This document shows positions 21,900 through 34,343 of a stretch of DNA of 64,000 nucleotides, one piece after another. The DNA comes from Lachnospiraceae bacterium (lineage in GTDB: Bacteria > Bacillota > Clostridia > Lachnospirales > Lachnospiraceae). The stretch covers positions 16,630 to 80,629 of the forward strand of contig JABUSY010000021.1 of the NCBI GenBank assembly GCA_021442455.1. Reading direction: 5' to 3'. Positions within the stretch are counted from its first letter, which is position 1; every line of letters starts with the position of its first letter. The position numbers and the translations under genes are program-made. Below the pieces are notes generated by a model. That model did no database searches, was not told where the DNA came from, and saw only the letters and a list, made by a program, of their open reading frames with translations.

Positions 21900-22880
21900 T
21901 AATAGTACAATGGTTAGTGGTCATTGTATTTTCCTATGATGATTTTGGATGCTGGTAGAGTATTTAGATTATCTGATTGTTTTTGATTCGGATAACTATA
22001 TCTATCATAGAAGTCGCGCAAAAGGGGGGAGAGAGATATACAAGCGGACCCGTATTAAATACTGGATGTTGCCGGGACGGTGCTTCTAGGTAAGAAGTTT
22101 ACCGATGGCGTTAATCAAGGAATCATCAGGTTGAAAATAAAATATGATGAAGTGATTCGTAGGATTAAGATAGAATATAGTTTAAAAAAAATGAAATGAA
22201 CATATGAACAGGAGATTTCAAATTAAAAATTATTACTATATTTCTGGGAAGGAGGGCAGTCTTGTTATTTTATAGAATACTTTTTTCTGTCAAGGATATA
22301 AGATCGATTGAGGGCAGGAAAATCTATCGTCATAAAAGAGCCAAGTATAAGATGAAAAACTTTGTCAAGAATAGCCAGAACTTCTACAATTCTGTTTTGA
22401 TCGAAGCAGATTTATCACATGAGTATGGATGATTATTATCAATCTTTTGTACAGTTTGGGTTGCTCACTAAAACAAAAAAGATCTATAGGGTGAAGTAAC
22501 TATGATTATGTACAAGCAGGAGAATATTGGCCAAGTGGAATTTGCAATAATTTCTAGAAGGAATTTTATTGAAGTGTGAGCAGTAATATATATCTTCATT
22601 TTAAATATGTGATATCTTATTATCTTATCAGGATATAGAAAAGGAAGATAAGGAAAAAGCGACAGAAGGTGAATTCCTATGAAGAAGTACACAATCGTTA
22701 ATGATTAAATTGTTACATAGAACAACTAGTCACTGCTACATATGCGAAATCTTCTGTATAGGCAGTATGTTTTTTTGCGTGTATAAGTTTACTGGAGAGT
22801 TTGTTGAAGGTAGCGACAACTGAATTATGTCTTATGAAGCGTAGATAATGCTCAATAAAATATTTCGGAAATTTTGTAGG
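21900..22880 (+). pseudogene. spoVD: Second class B PBP (SpoVD-like) remnant, internally deleted
   Basis: Fragments YLIVFDSDNY, ERDIQA...ILDVAGTVL (~22030-22085) and QFGLLTKTKKDL*GEVTMIMYKQENIGQVEFA (~22450-22550; consensus FGLL.KTGIDLPGEA.TIMH..E..G.VELA). About 1 kb remains versus ~1.8 kb expected. Confidence 0.8.
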
Positions 22881-22925
22881 AAAATACAATATGATTATGA
22901 ATCATGAAATAATAAGAGGTGGATT

Positions 22926-23882
22926 ATGAATTTGATTTTTATAGTTCCGGTTATCATTTCTTTTGTTATTAGCATAACTCTCGGTCCAGTGATCATATCT
23001 TTTTTAAAACAATTTAAAATAATGCAAACTGAGAGAAAGGAAGGGGTGCCATCCCATCAAATGAAGGCGGGACTTCCGACGATGGGAGGTTTAATTTTCC
23101 TAATTTCGACGACAGAAACTTCATTGTTTTTTGTTAAGTTTTATCCGAAGATTATTCCGATCTTGTTACTTATGTTAGGCTTTGGGATAATTGGATTTAT
23201 AGATGACTATTTGAAGGTGGTGCTGAAGCGGTCTGATGGTCTTTTAGTCTGGCAGAAATTGTTATGCCAGTTCGTGCTGAGCGGTATTTTTTCCTTTTTC
23301 ATGATAAATTTTACAAAAGAGAAGTTAAAGATCTTGCTTCCGTTTTCCGAAGGTAAGATTCTGGATATAGGCTGGCTGGCTATTCCGTTGCTATTTATTA
23401 TGATGCTGTCAGTTGTTAACGGTGTGAATTTTACTGATGGCCTGGACGGACTTGTTTCCAGTGTAACTATAATGGTAGCTATATTTTTTACGGTGGTCGC
23501 AGTGAGGGAAGACAGTGAAATATCGTTTATTACCGGCGCGGTGATTGGGAGCCTCATTGGCTTTTTGATATTCAACATATTTCCAGCCAAAGTCTTTATG
23601 GGAGACACGGGTTCTCTGGCTCTTGGCGGTTTCGTGATAGGTACGGCGTATATGATGAACATGCCGCTATTTTTGCCAATTGTTGGGTTTATCTATGTGG
23701 TGGAGCTACTATCTGTTGTGATTCAGGTGATCTATTTTAAACTAACACATGGAAAACGTCTTTTTAAAATGTCTCCGCTCCATCATCACTTTGAGTTATG
23801 TGGATGGTCAGAGATTCGTATTATGATATTGTTTTTGAGTATCACGGCATTGTTGTGTTTGGTTGTCTTGTTAAGTCTTTAA
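22926..23882 (+). CDS. mraY: Phospho-N-acetylmuramoyl-pentapeptide transferase
   Basis: PTMGG, DDY, NFTDGLDGL, VFMGDTGSLALG and PLHHHFE. Confidence 0.96.
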   Translation: MNLIFIVPVIISFVISITLGPVIISFLKQFKIMQTERKEGVPSHQMKAGLPTMGGLIFLISTTETSLFFVKFYPKIIPILLLMLGFGIIGFIDDYLKVVLKRSDGLLVWQKLLCQFVLSGIFSFFMINFTKEKLKILLPFSEGKILDIGWLAIPLLFIMMLSVVNGVNFTDGLDGLVSSVTIMVAIFFTVVAVREDSEISFITGAVIGSLIGFLIFNIFPAKVFMGDTGSLALGGFVIGTAYMMNMPLFLPIVGFIYVVELLSVVIQVIYFKLTHGKRLFKMSPLHHHFELCGWSEIRIMILFLSITALLCLVVLLSL

Positions 23883-23920
23883 GCAAGAAAAATAGATGGT
23901 GAAAAGTAGGATAAGCAGCT

Positions 23921-25282
23921 ATGGTGTGGAAGCATAAAAAAGTATTGGTATTTGGAGCAGGGAAAAGTGGAATTAGGGCTTGTGAGCTTTTGATAAAGGA
24001 AGGAGTGCAGCCGATCATTTACGATGGAAATAGCAAACTTTCAAAACAGGAAATTTTGAATAAACTGTGTGAGCCGAAGCAAGTAGAGGTGATTCTGGGT
24101 GAATTTCCGGAGAGGATGATAGCTGAGTTATCGTTAGTGATCGTGAGTCCGGGCGTACCTTGTGACCTGCCTGTAGTTAAAAAATTTAAAGAATTCGGTT
24201 TGGCGGTTTTAGGTGAAATTGAACTGGCCTACCAACTTGGAAAGAAAAAAATGCTCGCTATAACCGGAACCAATGGAAAAACCACCACTACAACTCTCCT
24301 TGGACAAATCATGAGGTCCTACTATCAGGAGGTATATGTGGTCGGAAATATCGGGACCCCTTATAGTGAAGTGGTTTTGGAACAGACAGAGAATGCGATT
24401 ACCGTTATTGAAATAAGCAGCTTTCAGTTGGAGACAATCGATACATTCCATCCGAAAATAAGTGCAATTACGAATATTACAGAGGATCATTTGAATCGTC
24501 ACCATACGATGGAAGAATATATTCGGGTAAAAAAAATGATTGTAAAAAATCAGACAGAAGAGGATGTCTGTGTTCTAAATTACGAAAATGATATTTTGAG
24601 AGAATTTGGAAAAGACATCCGTCCGAAAGTTATATATTTCTCAAGCAGAAGAGTTCTGGAACAAGGAATTTATCTGGAAAACGGGGAAATAAAGATTTCC
24701 AATGGAAAAATAATCATTTCTGTGGTGCGTACCAATGATTTAAAGATTCTAGGGATTCATAATTTTGAAAATGTTATGGTCGCTATTGCAATTGCCAAAG
24801 ATCTAGGTGTTCCTTTAAATAGTATACGGAAAAGTATCTGCAATTTTACAGGAGTAGCACACAGGATCGAGTATGTGACAGAAAAAAATGGTGTTAAATA
24901 TTATAATGATTCCAAGGGGACCAATCCGGCGGCTGCCATAAAAGGAATACAGGCCATGAATCGGCCTATTGTACTGATTGGGGGCGGTTTTGATAAGGAG
25001 TCCTCTTATGCGGAGTGGATCAATAGCTTCGACGGTAAAGTAAAAGATCTGGTTTTGATCGGACAGAGCAGGGAGAAGATTGCAAAATCAGCTATTGCCT
25101 GCGGTTTCCCGGAGGAACATATTCTATTTTGTAAGAATCTGGAAGAAGCCGTGAAGACATGCGCTGAAAAGGCAAAAAGAGGAGATACCGTGCTGTTGTC
25201 CCCAGCTTGTGCGAGCTGGGGACAATTTGATAACTATGAGCAAAGAGGAGATAAATTTAAAGAGTATGTAAAGTGGATTTAA
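23921..25282 (+). CDS. murD: UDP-MurNAc-L-Ala:D-Glu ligase
   Basis: VSPGVP, ITGTNGKTTT, EISSFQL, NDSKGTN and LSPACASWGQF. Confidence 0.96.
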   Translation: MVWKHKKVLVFGAGKSGIRACELLIKEGVQPIIYDGNSKLSKQEILNKLCEPKQVEVILGEFPERMIAELSLVIVSPGVPCDLPVVKKFKEFGLAVLGEIELAYQLGKKKMLAITGTNGKTTTTTLLGQIMRSYYQEVYVVGNIGTPYSEVVLEQTENAITVIEISSFQLETIDTFHPKISAITNITEDHLNRHHTMEEYIRVKKMIVKNQTEEDVCVLNYENDILREFGKDIRPKVIYFSSRRVLEQGIYLENGEIKISNGKIIISVVRTNDLKILGIHNFENVMVAIAIAKDLGVPLNSIRKSICNFTGVAHRIEYVTEKNGVKYYNDSKGTNPAAAIKGIQAMNRPIVLIGGGFDKESSYAEWINSFDGKVKDLVLIGQSREKIAKSAIACGFPEEHILFCKNLEEAVKTCAEKAKRGDTVLLSPACASWGQFDNYEQRGDKFKEYVKWI

Positions 25283-25548
25283 ATCTGTCTCTCTGGCTAA
25301 TTGATACGTTACACTATCTATCGTCAGAGCTGGAACTTTGATGATATAAGACGATAGATTTCAAGTTGAGAAAAATATTTGTGTTAAGTTAATAGATTAT
25401 AATCAGTCAATGATTATTTTTAAAATAGTACCGCTAAACAACTTTCAGAGCCTGTTGGTAAGTTAAATATTTCTTTTGATCCAATTTAGAAGGAAAATAT
25501 ATATTTTCTGGTTAAATTAATATATAAAATAGATAGGATAAAATAAGG

Positions 25549-26450
25549 ATGGCCATGTTAATAAAAAAATATAAATGGAAGGTTGTCGGTACTTTTGATA
25601 TTTATCTTGATCTTGGTAATTTATGAGCTTGTGCTTTAAGATAATTTTCGTGTGTATAACGGATGGGTGCACTTTGATGATCCTGCATATTATAAGCAGC
25701 AGTTTTTTGTTACGACGCTGGGGGGAGTGCATGTATTTACGAAGATTGATTACTGTCATATTCTTAACTATGCTTTAGTTCTAGATTTGATCGTGTTGAG
25801 GTTATTTATGGTTTGGATGATAAAAATGTAATAGTGCTCAGAATTCTCTATTTATGTTTTTTGATTCTGATTCTATTTAGTATTTTTCTGATTGTGCTTG
25901 TGCTCAGATAAAACAATTTAAAATATGAAAATTGAGAAAATGTAGGTATTGTTACAATCTTTAGCTCTAATCTCAGATATTGACAATTTTTCTGGATAGA
26001 AGGTGTTGAATAAATTTTATTGCGGTGGTTTGGAGAGTAGAACGTTACCAGAGGGAATGTTTGGTTATCTAAAAAACGGAAGTTTTTGATAGTGAGTTAC
26101 AGATAAACTAGGAGATTTAATTTATGAGATTAGGAAGCAGAGGGATTTTTGGGAAAAGACCTGGAACACTCGTTACAGAAACTGATTTTGTTCCGAAAGA
26201 GCAAAATGATATGATCTTTTCTATCATTTGTGAAAAGTTTGAATTCTAAAAGTTTGAATTCTTATGAGGAAGATTTGCTTCATGTTGATGTTTGTCTTAC
26301 TCATTTGGCGTTTGACAGTGATATTTACATATGTGTCGAATCTGCGAGGCGGAGCCGATTTTGTTTTGGAAGGTCTAGAAGCTATACGGAGATTGATGAG
26401 CTAAAATTATATTAACTGCTATTATGTAGCATATAGAAAAAGACATTATT
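25549..26450 (+). pseudogene. SEDS glycosyltransferase (SpoVE/FtsW-like) remnant
   Basis: YNGWVHFDDPAYYKQQFFVTTLG (~25655) and LQKL/FVPKEQNDMIFSIICEK (~26175; consensus QKLGFVPEAQNDMIFSIICEELG). Syntenic between murD and ftsQ; many stops. Confidence 0.85.
26233..26262. repeat. Perfect 15-nt tandem duplication AAAAGTTTGAATTCT x2
   Basis: Read directly, inside the SEDS pseudogene. Confidence 0.9.
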
Positions 26451-26472
26451 CTGCTGGTAAGGGAAATTAGCC

Positions 26473-26498
26473 AATATATAGGAGTAATATATAGGAGT
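26473..26498. repeat. Perfect 13-nt tandem duplication AATATATAGGAGT x2 that duplicates the ftsQ RBS
   Basis: Read directly, immediately before ATG 26503. Confidence 0.9.
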
Positions 26499-26502
26499 TA
26501 AG

Positions 26503-27357
26503 ATGTGTAAAAGAAAGTTAAATTCCCGAAAAGTTTTTAAAAGGATCAGGTTGTTTATTGCAGGTGTAGTAGTTTTAATGCTTTTGCTGTACTTTTGGTT
26601 ATTTTATATCAAAGAGGTAGAGGTTATCGGAAATATTAGGTATACGAAAAAGGAAGTGGAGAATATAGTATTGGATGACTGTTTCGCTCATAATTCTGTT
26701 TTCCTTTCCACTTTCCAGAAATATATTAATCTGAATGATATCCCGTTTATAGAAGCTGTCAATGTGGAATACTTAAATAGGAATAAAATCCGCTTATATG
26801 TCCATGAAAAACACCCCATTGGTTATGTTCGAGAAAAAGATATAGATTACTATTTGGATAAAGATAGTTTGGTGCTGGAATCTCTTTCAGTGAGAGATTT
26901 ACAGAGTACGGATGATGATAATTCTCTTGCCATCGAATCTTTCGGAGAAAATGACCAAACAGAAAACGGCGGCTCCATAAACGGAAGTAAGATGGATATT
27001 ATAGATTTTCCTTCGACTTGGATGAATGTTCCTATGATTACAGGTTTACATTATGAAAGTGTAGTTATAGGGGAAATTCTTTCAATGGAAAATCCTTTTG
27101 TATACAGCACCATACTGACGCTGATTCATTTAATTAACAAATATGAGCTTCAGCCTGATAGTATAGAATTTACCGAAAATCAGTTAATGACTCTGCATTA
27201 TGAGCAGGTCCGGATTTCACTAGGAACAGATATCTATTTGCAGGAAAAGATGATTAGGATTGCATCAATACTTCCGAAGCTCTCAGGAATGTCGGGAGTC
27301 CTTCATTTAGAAGATTTTACAAATGATATACAGAGCATTATATTTGAGCAAGATTAA
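26503..27357 (+). CDS. ftsQ: Cell division protein FtsQ/DivIB
   Basis: N-terminal TM, POTRA-like IKEVEVIGNIRYT, VHEKHPIGY and the C-terminal LSGMSGVLHLE; precedes ftsZ. Confidence 0.85.
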   Translation: MCKRKLNSRKVFKRIRLFIAGVVVLMLLLYFWLFYIKEVEVIGNIRYTKKEVENIVLDDCFAHNSVFLSTFQKYINLNDIPFIEAVNVEYLNRNKIRLYVHEKHPIGYVREKDIDYYLDKDSLVLESLSVRDLQSTDDDNSLAIESFGENDQTENGGSINGSKMDIIDFPSTWMNVPMITGLHYESVVIGEILSMENPFVYSTILTLIHLINKYELQPDSIEFTENQLMTLHYEQVRISLGTDIYLQEKMIRIASILPKLSGMSGVLHLEDFTNDIQSIIFEQD

Positions 27358-27504
27358 AGTAACTTTAAAAAAAGAGGAGAAAAATCAAAAAATAGTTGAT
27401 AAATTCAGTAATAAATTATATTATATATTGTATATATAACTAATAATGAGATTAAGATATATTTTAGCAAATAAATAAGGGAAAGTTATGAAGGAGGAAG
27501 TATT

Positions 27505-28677
27505 TTGTTAGAAATTATGACAAATGAAGCAGAATCATCTGCAAAAATTATCGTCATTGGTGTCGGAGGAGCAGGTAATAATGCTGTGAATAGAATGGTG
27601 GAGGAATCCATTGGTGGTGTGGAATTGGTAGGCGTAAATACAGATAAACAGGCACTAACACGCTGCAAAGCGTCAACAATACTTCAAATAGGAGAAAAAA
27701 TAACGAAGGGTCTTGGAGCTGGGGCTAAGCCGGAAGTTGGGGAGAAAGGGGCTGAAGAGAGTATAGAAGAGTTGAAACAGTTGATAGAAGGAGCTGATAT
27801 GGTTTTCGTAACCTGCGGAATGGGCGGCGGTACTGGTACCGGCGCTGCTCCTGTTGTTGCCAATATTGCTAAAGAAATGGGCATACTGACTGTTGGAGTT
27901 GTAACAAAACCTTTCCGTTTTGAAGCAAAAACTCGTATGAGCAATGCCTTGATGGGTATCGAAAAATTGAAAAAAAGTGTGGACACATTAATTGTGATTC
28001 CGAATGATAAGCTACTAGAGATCGTTGATCGAAGGACAACTATGCCGGAAGCCTTGAAAAAGGCTGATGAAGTGCTACAGAAGGCTGTACAGGGGATTAC
28101 TGATCTTATTAATCTACCAGCTTTGATTAATCTAGATTTTGCAGATGTGCAGACTGTTATGACGGACAAGGGCATTGCGCATATCGGAATTGGCGAAGCG
28201 AAGGGAGAAGACAAAGCTTTGGAAGCTGTACAGCAAGCTGTATCCAGCCCGTTGTTGGAAACAACTATTCAGGGAGCAAGTCACGTTATTATCAATATTT
28301 CTGGAGACATTAGCCTTATGGATACCAACGACGCTGCTAGCTATGTACAAAATCTGGCAGGTGAGGATGCAAATATTATTTTTGGTGCGATGTATGATGA
28401 TACCGTTGCAGATACTGCAAAGATTACGGTAATTGCTACGGGATTGAATGATGTGGTTGCTAAACAGGTTAGTGTATCTAATGCCAAGAAGGTAGCTGCA
28501 CCCATTCAGAAGAGTAATTTCAGCAATGTAGGGCTTAAGATGCCGACCTTTCAGATACCGCAGCAGGTTTTGACAAAGGAATATAATATGCCAAAAGCTT
28601 CAGTACCTCTGACTAGCAATGTAGTGAAAAAGGATATACAGATCCCGGATTTTTTGAAGAAGAGAAAATTAAAATAG
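27505..28677 (+). CDS. ftsZ: Cell division GTPase FtsZ
   Basis: [27 protein letters not shown] and the C-terminal IQIPDFL. TTG start after AAGGAGG. Confidence 0.98.
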   Translation: MLEIMTNEAESSAKIIVIGVGGAGNNAVNRMVEESIGGVELVGVNTDKQALTRCKASTILQIGEKITKGLGAGAKPEVGEKGAEESIEELKQLIEGADMVFVTCGMGGGTGTGAAPVVANIAKEMGILTVGVVTKPFRFEAKTRMSNALMGIEKLKKSVDTLIVIPNDKLLEIVDRRTTMPEALKKADEVLQKAVQGITDLINLPALINLDFADVQTVMTDKGIAHIGIGEAKGEDKALEAVQQAVSSPLLETTIQGASHVIINISGDISLMDTNDAASYVQNLAGEDANIIFGAMYDDTVADTAKITVIATGLNDVVAKQVSVSNAKKVAAPIQKSNFSNVGLKMPTFQIPQQVLTKEYNMPKASVPLTSNVVKKDIQIPDFLKKRKLK

Positions 28678-28699
28678 AGTTATAAAACATATTCTCTCT

Positions 28700-29000
28700 T
28701 TTACAAGGTAGGTAAATATGATTGTATGATCTGGCTGGCTATTTTGAGATGGAGTTTTGATTGTATAAGAAGTTGCTTGAATGTTCAAATTTTGATTATT
28801 TGTCTTTTACTTCAATATTTTCATATTTGTGAAGTCTTTGATATGATAATGTTGTTTTCTTTTTCTTAACATCGTTGTTGTTGATTTTTTAGATCGAATG
28901 TATAATGAAATATCGTTGATGATCATATATTGGAAGTATTCCGTTTGAGATTGATTATCTGAAGTGTAGGTAATTTCAAGGGAGTTTTATGAGAAATAAG
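28700..29000 (+). pseudogene. Possible SpoIIGA remnant
   Basis: A hydrophobic stretch followed by IPF...SVGNFKGVL resembles SpoIIGA IPY.SVG..xG.L, in the usual position after ftsZ. The match is weak. Confidence 0.3.
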
Positions 29001-32000
29001 TTGTTTATAATACCACCTTATAAAGTTTGAGATGAACTGCAGATATGAATTTCGCAGTTAAAACACTCAAAATTGATTTACTTAATAAGAAGAGAACATA
29101 TTTTGTTATGCGTATTTGTTATGTGATATTTAGCCTATAGTAAAAATACATAAAACAACAATGAAAAATCTTTTATGCAAAATAAACTTGATTATTGATA
29201 TATATGCAGTATCAGATATTTTAAAAACAATTTAAATTTTCATAGTCGAAAATGGGGAAAAAGATCACCGCATGATATATTTTGTAAATAAAAAATGGAT
29301 TGAATGAGCGGCAAAAATCGGTTACAACAATATCCTATCAATTGGGGTGGCTATTAGTTTTCATAAAGTGGTCAAGAAAATTATGTAGCAAACGCTGACA
29401 TTTTGAAAGCTTTGGTATTTGTTCTATGTATTCGGCCAAAAAATTCTGAATAACCAATAGAAATTTCTCTTCAGTAATTGTCAATGTCGAAGTGATGAAC
29501 GAGATTTTGGAAGTAAGTGGCGGTTTTTTGATATACGTCGGAGAAGTCAAAGATGAGCGGATAAGAAAGAAAAAAACGGAGATAATAATACCTCTGATTA
29601 TCCAGTTTTTCAGTTATTATGAACGGGTTGATTACAGTCTTGGCTAGAGAAGATAATTGTGTAAAACAGAAAATGGATCAGTGCTGTTTTGATGAATGTT
29701 AAGCGCTTGCTTTGAATGCTAATAGTTTTGACAGGCATTTGTATTTTTGCCTTTACAATTTAAATGTTGATTTCAGGAGATAGTTGTAGATGGCGTAGAA
29801 ATATAGGGTAAATCAGTCGCTTGTAATTCAATAGAGAAAAAAATATGTATAATTTCGTATTTTAAGAGCATTTTGTTATATTCTATTGTAGTGCATATTA
29901 GTTATGGAAAGAGAAGGGCCGCTTATGATCTGACGAAGAGTTATCAGGATGAAGTCGATCGCCATGATTACCCATACAGTGAAGGACACAATAAAGAATC
30001 TTTTATGAAAAACAAGGTTTTCTGGTACAATGGCGTGATGAGTGAAGAGTCGTCGACGTTAGGTTTCAGTTGAGATTTGGATGAAGTGTTGGAATGAATA
30101 AAATAACGAATCAACAAGAAATTTGTGACATTGTGTTTCAAGTGATAAACGACTGTATCTCTGAGTCGGTTTTTTAGACTATAGTATAAAGAGTGAGAAT
30201 CGTTGTGAAAAATCTGCTGTCGATATTGACAGGAATAGCGTTTTATGATTTGTTCTGTTGCCAATCAGCTTTTGTTTTTTCGGAGGAAAATCAATGTTAC
30301 TTTAAGCATACAGGATTCGCCTTGAACAAAGCGAAAGTGATCACTGAAAAGGAGTAGAGATTACGATGATGTTCTGCAGCTAAATGATTCTTTAAGTGGT
30401 TAGAGGGATGCTTTATCCTGGAAAGGGGAAAGATATTCCTTTGATTGATATGTAGTTGAAGTTTTGAGCTACAAGCTAGGGCAGTATATCAAGGTGGCAG
30501 ATCTTTGTGAATGGGCACTGGGGAGAGAGAAAGATGCGCTGCATAAAACAGGATTTATTGTGTTATTAAATTGGTTGAAATTATACAACATGTGAAGAAA
30601 GCTTGTCGGATGAAAAAATATGGAAATCTGTCCCTAGAAAATGTAGATAATGGGCTTGATCTATGCGTTATCTGCGAAAAAGTCTTATAGAATCAACTCT
30701 TTCAATGCAACTAAGATTTAGTATTTTTATCTTTTTGAGTTGTGTTGAAACAGAAAAATTTGCAACAGCTTCGGAATCTCTAGGAAAGCTCTTTCGAAAA
30801 TCTACATGTTAGAGAGTTGCTTCGGTATGACGGTTCTATGAGATTTATTGTCAAATGCGATTTTTATATATGGTGTGTCAAAAGATACAGATAAAAATTT
30901 TCTATGGGATGGACTCTTCATTTATGCTGAATATTCGGAAAATGTTCACGTTGATCGATATAAGGAAAATCTCATGCTTGGGAATTAAACATCACTGAGT
31001 TTTTTGATCAGGATTATCTAGAAGACGTAAAGTCTGTTTGAAAAGCATTGTTTATCAGATTATCGAACTGATCCATTTGATGTGGGAAAAATCAAAAGAA
31101 TAATTAGAAAAATTCGCAAGGATGAGGTAAACGCTGCCAAGGAATATGCAAATGCAGTTTTAGTATGACGATAGAAAATATGCATATCAGCATCTTGAAA
31201 TTACAGAAGATGTCTGGGACGGAAGTTGTTTGTAGGATCAGTATCTCATCGAGGGATAGATCCAAAGCACATCTATCAAGTATATCGCTCACAGAAGTTA
31301 TAAGCCACTCATGAAATAAACGCTTCGGACAGAGTTATATAAGTTTGTATAAAGGAAGCACTGTGTCAGGTGTTGACTCACCGTTGATATAGAGAAAATT
31401 TTCGAAGTTATATAGTTTAGCTAGAAATCTTGCTGGCTGATGGTCTTTACAGCGCTTATGCTAATCACTAGCATATCTGAAAAATATGTCCTAGTTTTTG
31501 TTTTTGTTATTTATATCATTACAGATTGCTTAACGGATATAGTCATTATGTTTTAGGAATCTATCTTGGTAGTGAAATTATTTCAATATCGTGAACATGA
31601 TTCCTCGATAGAATATGTTTTAGAAAAATTACACAGTACAGAAACTATTAGCTGGAGATCACATGTACCGAAAAAGGAGTTTGGTATGGCTTGATTGTCT
31701 CCTCGAGAGTTGTCTTCAATGAAGTTTCGCTTAGCATATTTTTTATAAATTTCATGATGCAGGAAATGTCAAGACATCTTAGGTCAACATAAATGTTATT
31801 TTGAGGTAGATTATGATTAAGTACACTAACATTCTGGACAAAAAGAAACTTTTGATTTATTCGTCTAATTCAACATTATACTTAATGTTAATGTGAATCT
31901 GGAGGATTTACGGTTTCTTCTACCTTTAAAAAAGATAGGTAACCTGTCTTCTGAAAGAGGCAGATACACTCTACGATTTCGTTCTGATTTAACATTGTCA

Positions 32001-33430
32001 AGCAAAGCATAAAAGTGTTGAATTCATCAATAATTATTTGCTCAAATCTCTAGCAAAAAATGAAAATTAATGAGCAGTAGAGGAAAAAGTTATAGTATGC
32101 TCTATAACGACAGCGGAAGTTACGAAAAAGATTGATAACGTAGTGATGAACGTATATCCTTAAAGAAAACGAGATATTTCAAATATTTTCTTTGGCAACA
32201 AGGAAGTGTGACTAGTATAAAGGAAAATTATTAGCCTTGGTATAAAGGGGATATTTAGTAAATGATCGTCGATGTTGGTGGGTTCTGAATTTTTACTGAA
32301 TGACCTAGTGAGCGCGAAGAAACTTGCTTTCTATTGTCTTCCAAAGGGTGTTATTGTACATCTATGGCTGGAAGATGGTAAAATGAATGAGGTCACGCCA
32401 TAGGCTCTGGTGCAGCTAGATAGCATTTTAAGGAAAACATTACCTGTTTTATAACACATTTATGCAATATAAGGCTATTTCAGGGAATAACTGTAAATGC
32501 AGAACGGTAATATTTTTTCGAGAAAGAGTTATATCAAGGAAGGGCTTACGGTGGAACAGGTTGCAAAAATAGCGCAGGCATAAAGTTCATCGTTACAGAT
32601 AAAGTATGGCCACACAGGAGGGAACGATTCAGCCTCGGGATGTTTTACAGATCCCAGATGCATTTTGTGGATTATGTGCTGGTGATTATCAGAGCTGCGA
32701 ATGTGCTGATAAACGGAAGGGTATCTATTTATGCGTTGGCATTTGTAGAAAATATTAGAAAGTTTCTGAATGTTCTGCCAGTAACTGTGGTGGGGCTCTA
32801 AAAAGTGATTATCTGTCGAATAGCTGTTGAGGTGGTAAAGAGATTGAGAATATTATATTGGAAGAAGGCTAGATGCATAGTTGCACTTACGACGAAAATA
32901 GTAATTAGTGAATTTTAACAGCGGTTATAATGAAAAAATGATCGTCGAGCACATAGTATGATCAAGGCAGCATTGATCTGTCAATTCTGAAATTGCATCA
33001 GGAGGCTGAGTAAGGGAATGTAAACGTCAAAAAATTTCGAAGTAGACTGAACTGGAAAAGAGATTTTTATTAAATATCCAGCAGAAATTCAAAGAAGGTT
33101 GTATTTTCAGAGCTGTACTATGTAAAAACGGAAAGATCTATTCGAGATGGTTGCCTGCTGATCAAGCGAGAAGGATCAGGAAAAAATTTTTTTAAAAAGC
33201 GTCTCATCTTTTAGTGGGAAATATAGCATGCGGTAAAATAGTGTGTCTAGTGATCATTTTCAGACAACTTGTGTATACTGGATGCCAGCTTGTTTTTTGA
33301 AGAAATTTGGAAGAGGACGGACAAATATGAATTCCTCTGTAAGTTTTCAAGAAACTTCTGAAAAAAAATCACAAAGGAAATATTGGACGAAATAGAGAAG
33401 AACGGAATATTTTCGGAACAATTACAAGAG
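29000..33430. other. About 4.4 kb of heavily decayed, unidentified former coding DNA
   Basis: No ORF of 100 aa or more in any frame of the supplied track; composition resembles the neighbouring pseudogenes. Confidence 0.6.
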
Positions 33431-33447
33431 AAAATGTGGAGGCAAAG

Positions 33448-34332
33448 ATGAATTACGATTTTACGATTACCGGTCATACCGGTTTTACTGGCTTGTTAGG
33501 AAATCCTGTTACACACAGCCTTTCTCCTCTAATGCACAATGAGGCTTTCCGGATTCTTGATCTGGATTACGTATATTTATGTTTTAATGTAGGGGAAGAT
33601 ACCCTGGAAACTGCGGTTAAGGGGCTGATAGCTTGTGGGATTCGTGGATTTAACTTGACTATGCCTGATAAAAACCGAATGGCTGAGCTAGCAGATGAGC
33701 TTTCGTTAGCGGCACAAATGATCGGAGCTGTTAATACGGTTGTCAATGAGAGTGGAAAGCTTATGGGACACAATACTGACGGACTCGGTTTTATGCACTC
33801 TATGCGGGAAGTAGGATTTGATCCGAAGGGTCAGACTATGACGATATTCGGAGCGGGGGGGGCGGCTTCTGCCATTTGCGTTCAGGCGGCTTTGGACGGA
33901 ATTTAGATTTTGAATATATTTGCCCGCCCTTCCAGCCGTTTTCATCAGAGGACTTTACAGCTAGTGGATACGATTAACAGAACCACCGCTTGCAGGGCAG
34001 CACTTTACGATTTGGCGGATACAGCAGTGTTAAGATCATCTTTTCTGAATAGCACACTTGTGGTCAATGCCACAACGGTTGGTATGGCACCAAATATTAA
34101 TCATTCTGTTCTGGAAGATACTTCTTTATTTCATTCGGGATTGTTAGTCGCTGACATTATATATAATCCAAGAGAGACACAGTTTCTGTCTCGAGCGAAG
34201 GCAGCCGGATGCCGTACATTTAACGGACTACATATGCTGCTCTATCAGGGTGCGGAGGCATTCAGACTCTGGACAGGAAGGCAAATGCCAGTGAAAAATA
34301 TTAAAGAGAAGTATTTATCTCAATGTGTATAG
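33448..34332 (+). pseudogene. aroE: Shikimate/quinate dehydrogenase (AroE/YdiB-like) split by one in-frame TAG at 33904-33906
   Basis: LLGNPVTHSLSP, FNLTMPDK, NTDG and GAGGAA upstream; NATTVGM, DIIYNP and MLLYQGAEAF downstream in the same frame (DGI*ILNIFAR). GGAGG RBS before ATG 33448. Confidence 0.85.
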
Positions 34333-34343
34333 GAGAGCAATAC

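Noticed and set aside
27358-27504. Missing ftsA between ftsQ and ftsZ
   Set aside because: There is no remnant or space for it, and to my knowledge ftsA is often unlinked from this cluster in this family.
33904-33906. TAG recoding or pyrrolysine readthrough in aroE
   Set aside because: TAG is the genuine terminator of ftsZ, rpoA, ftsL and the SDR in this window, and there is no other supporting evidence.
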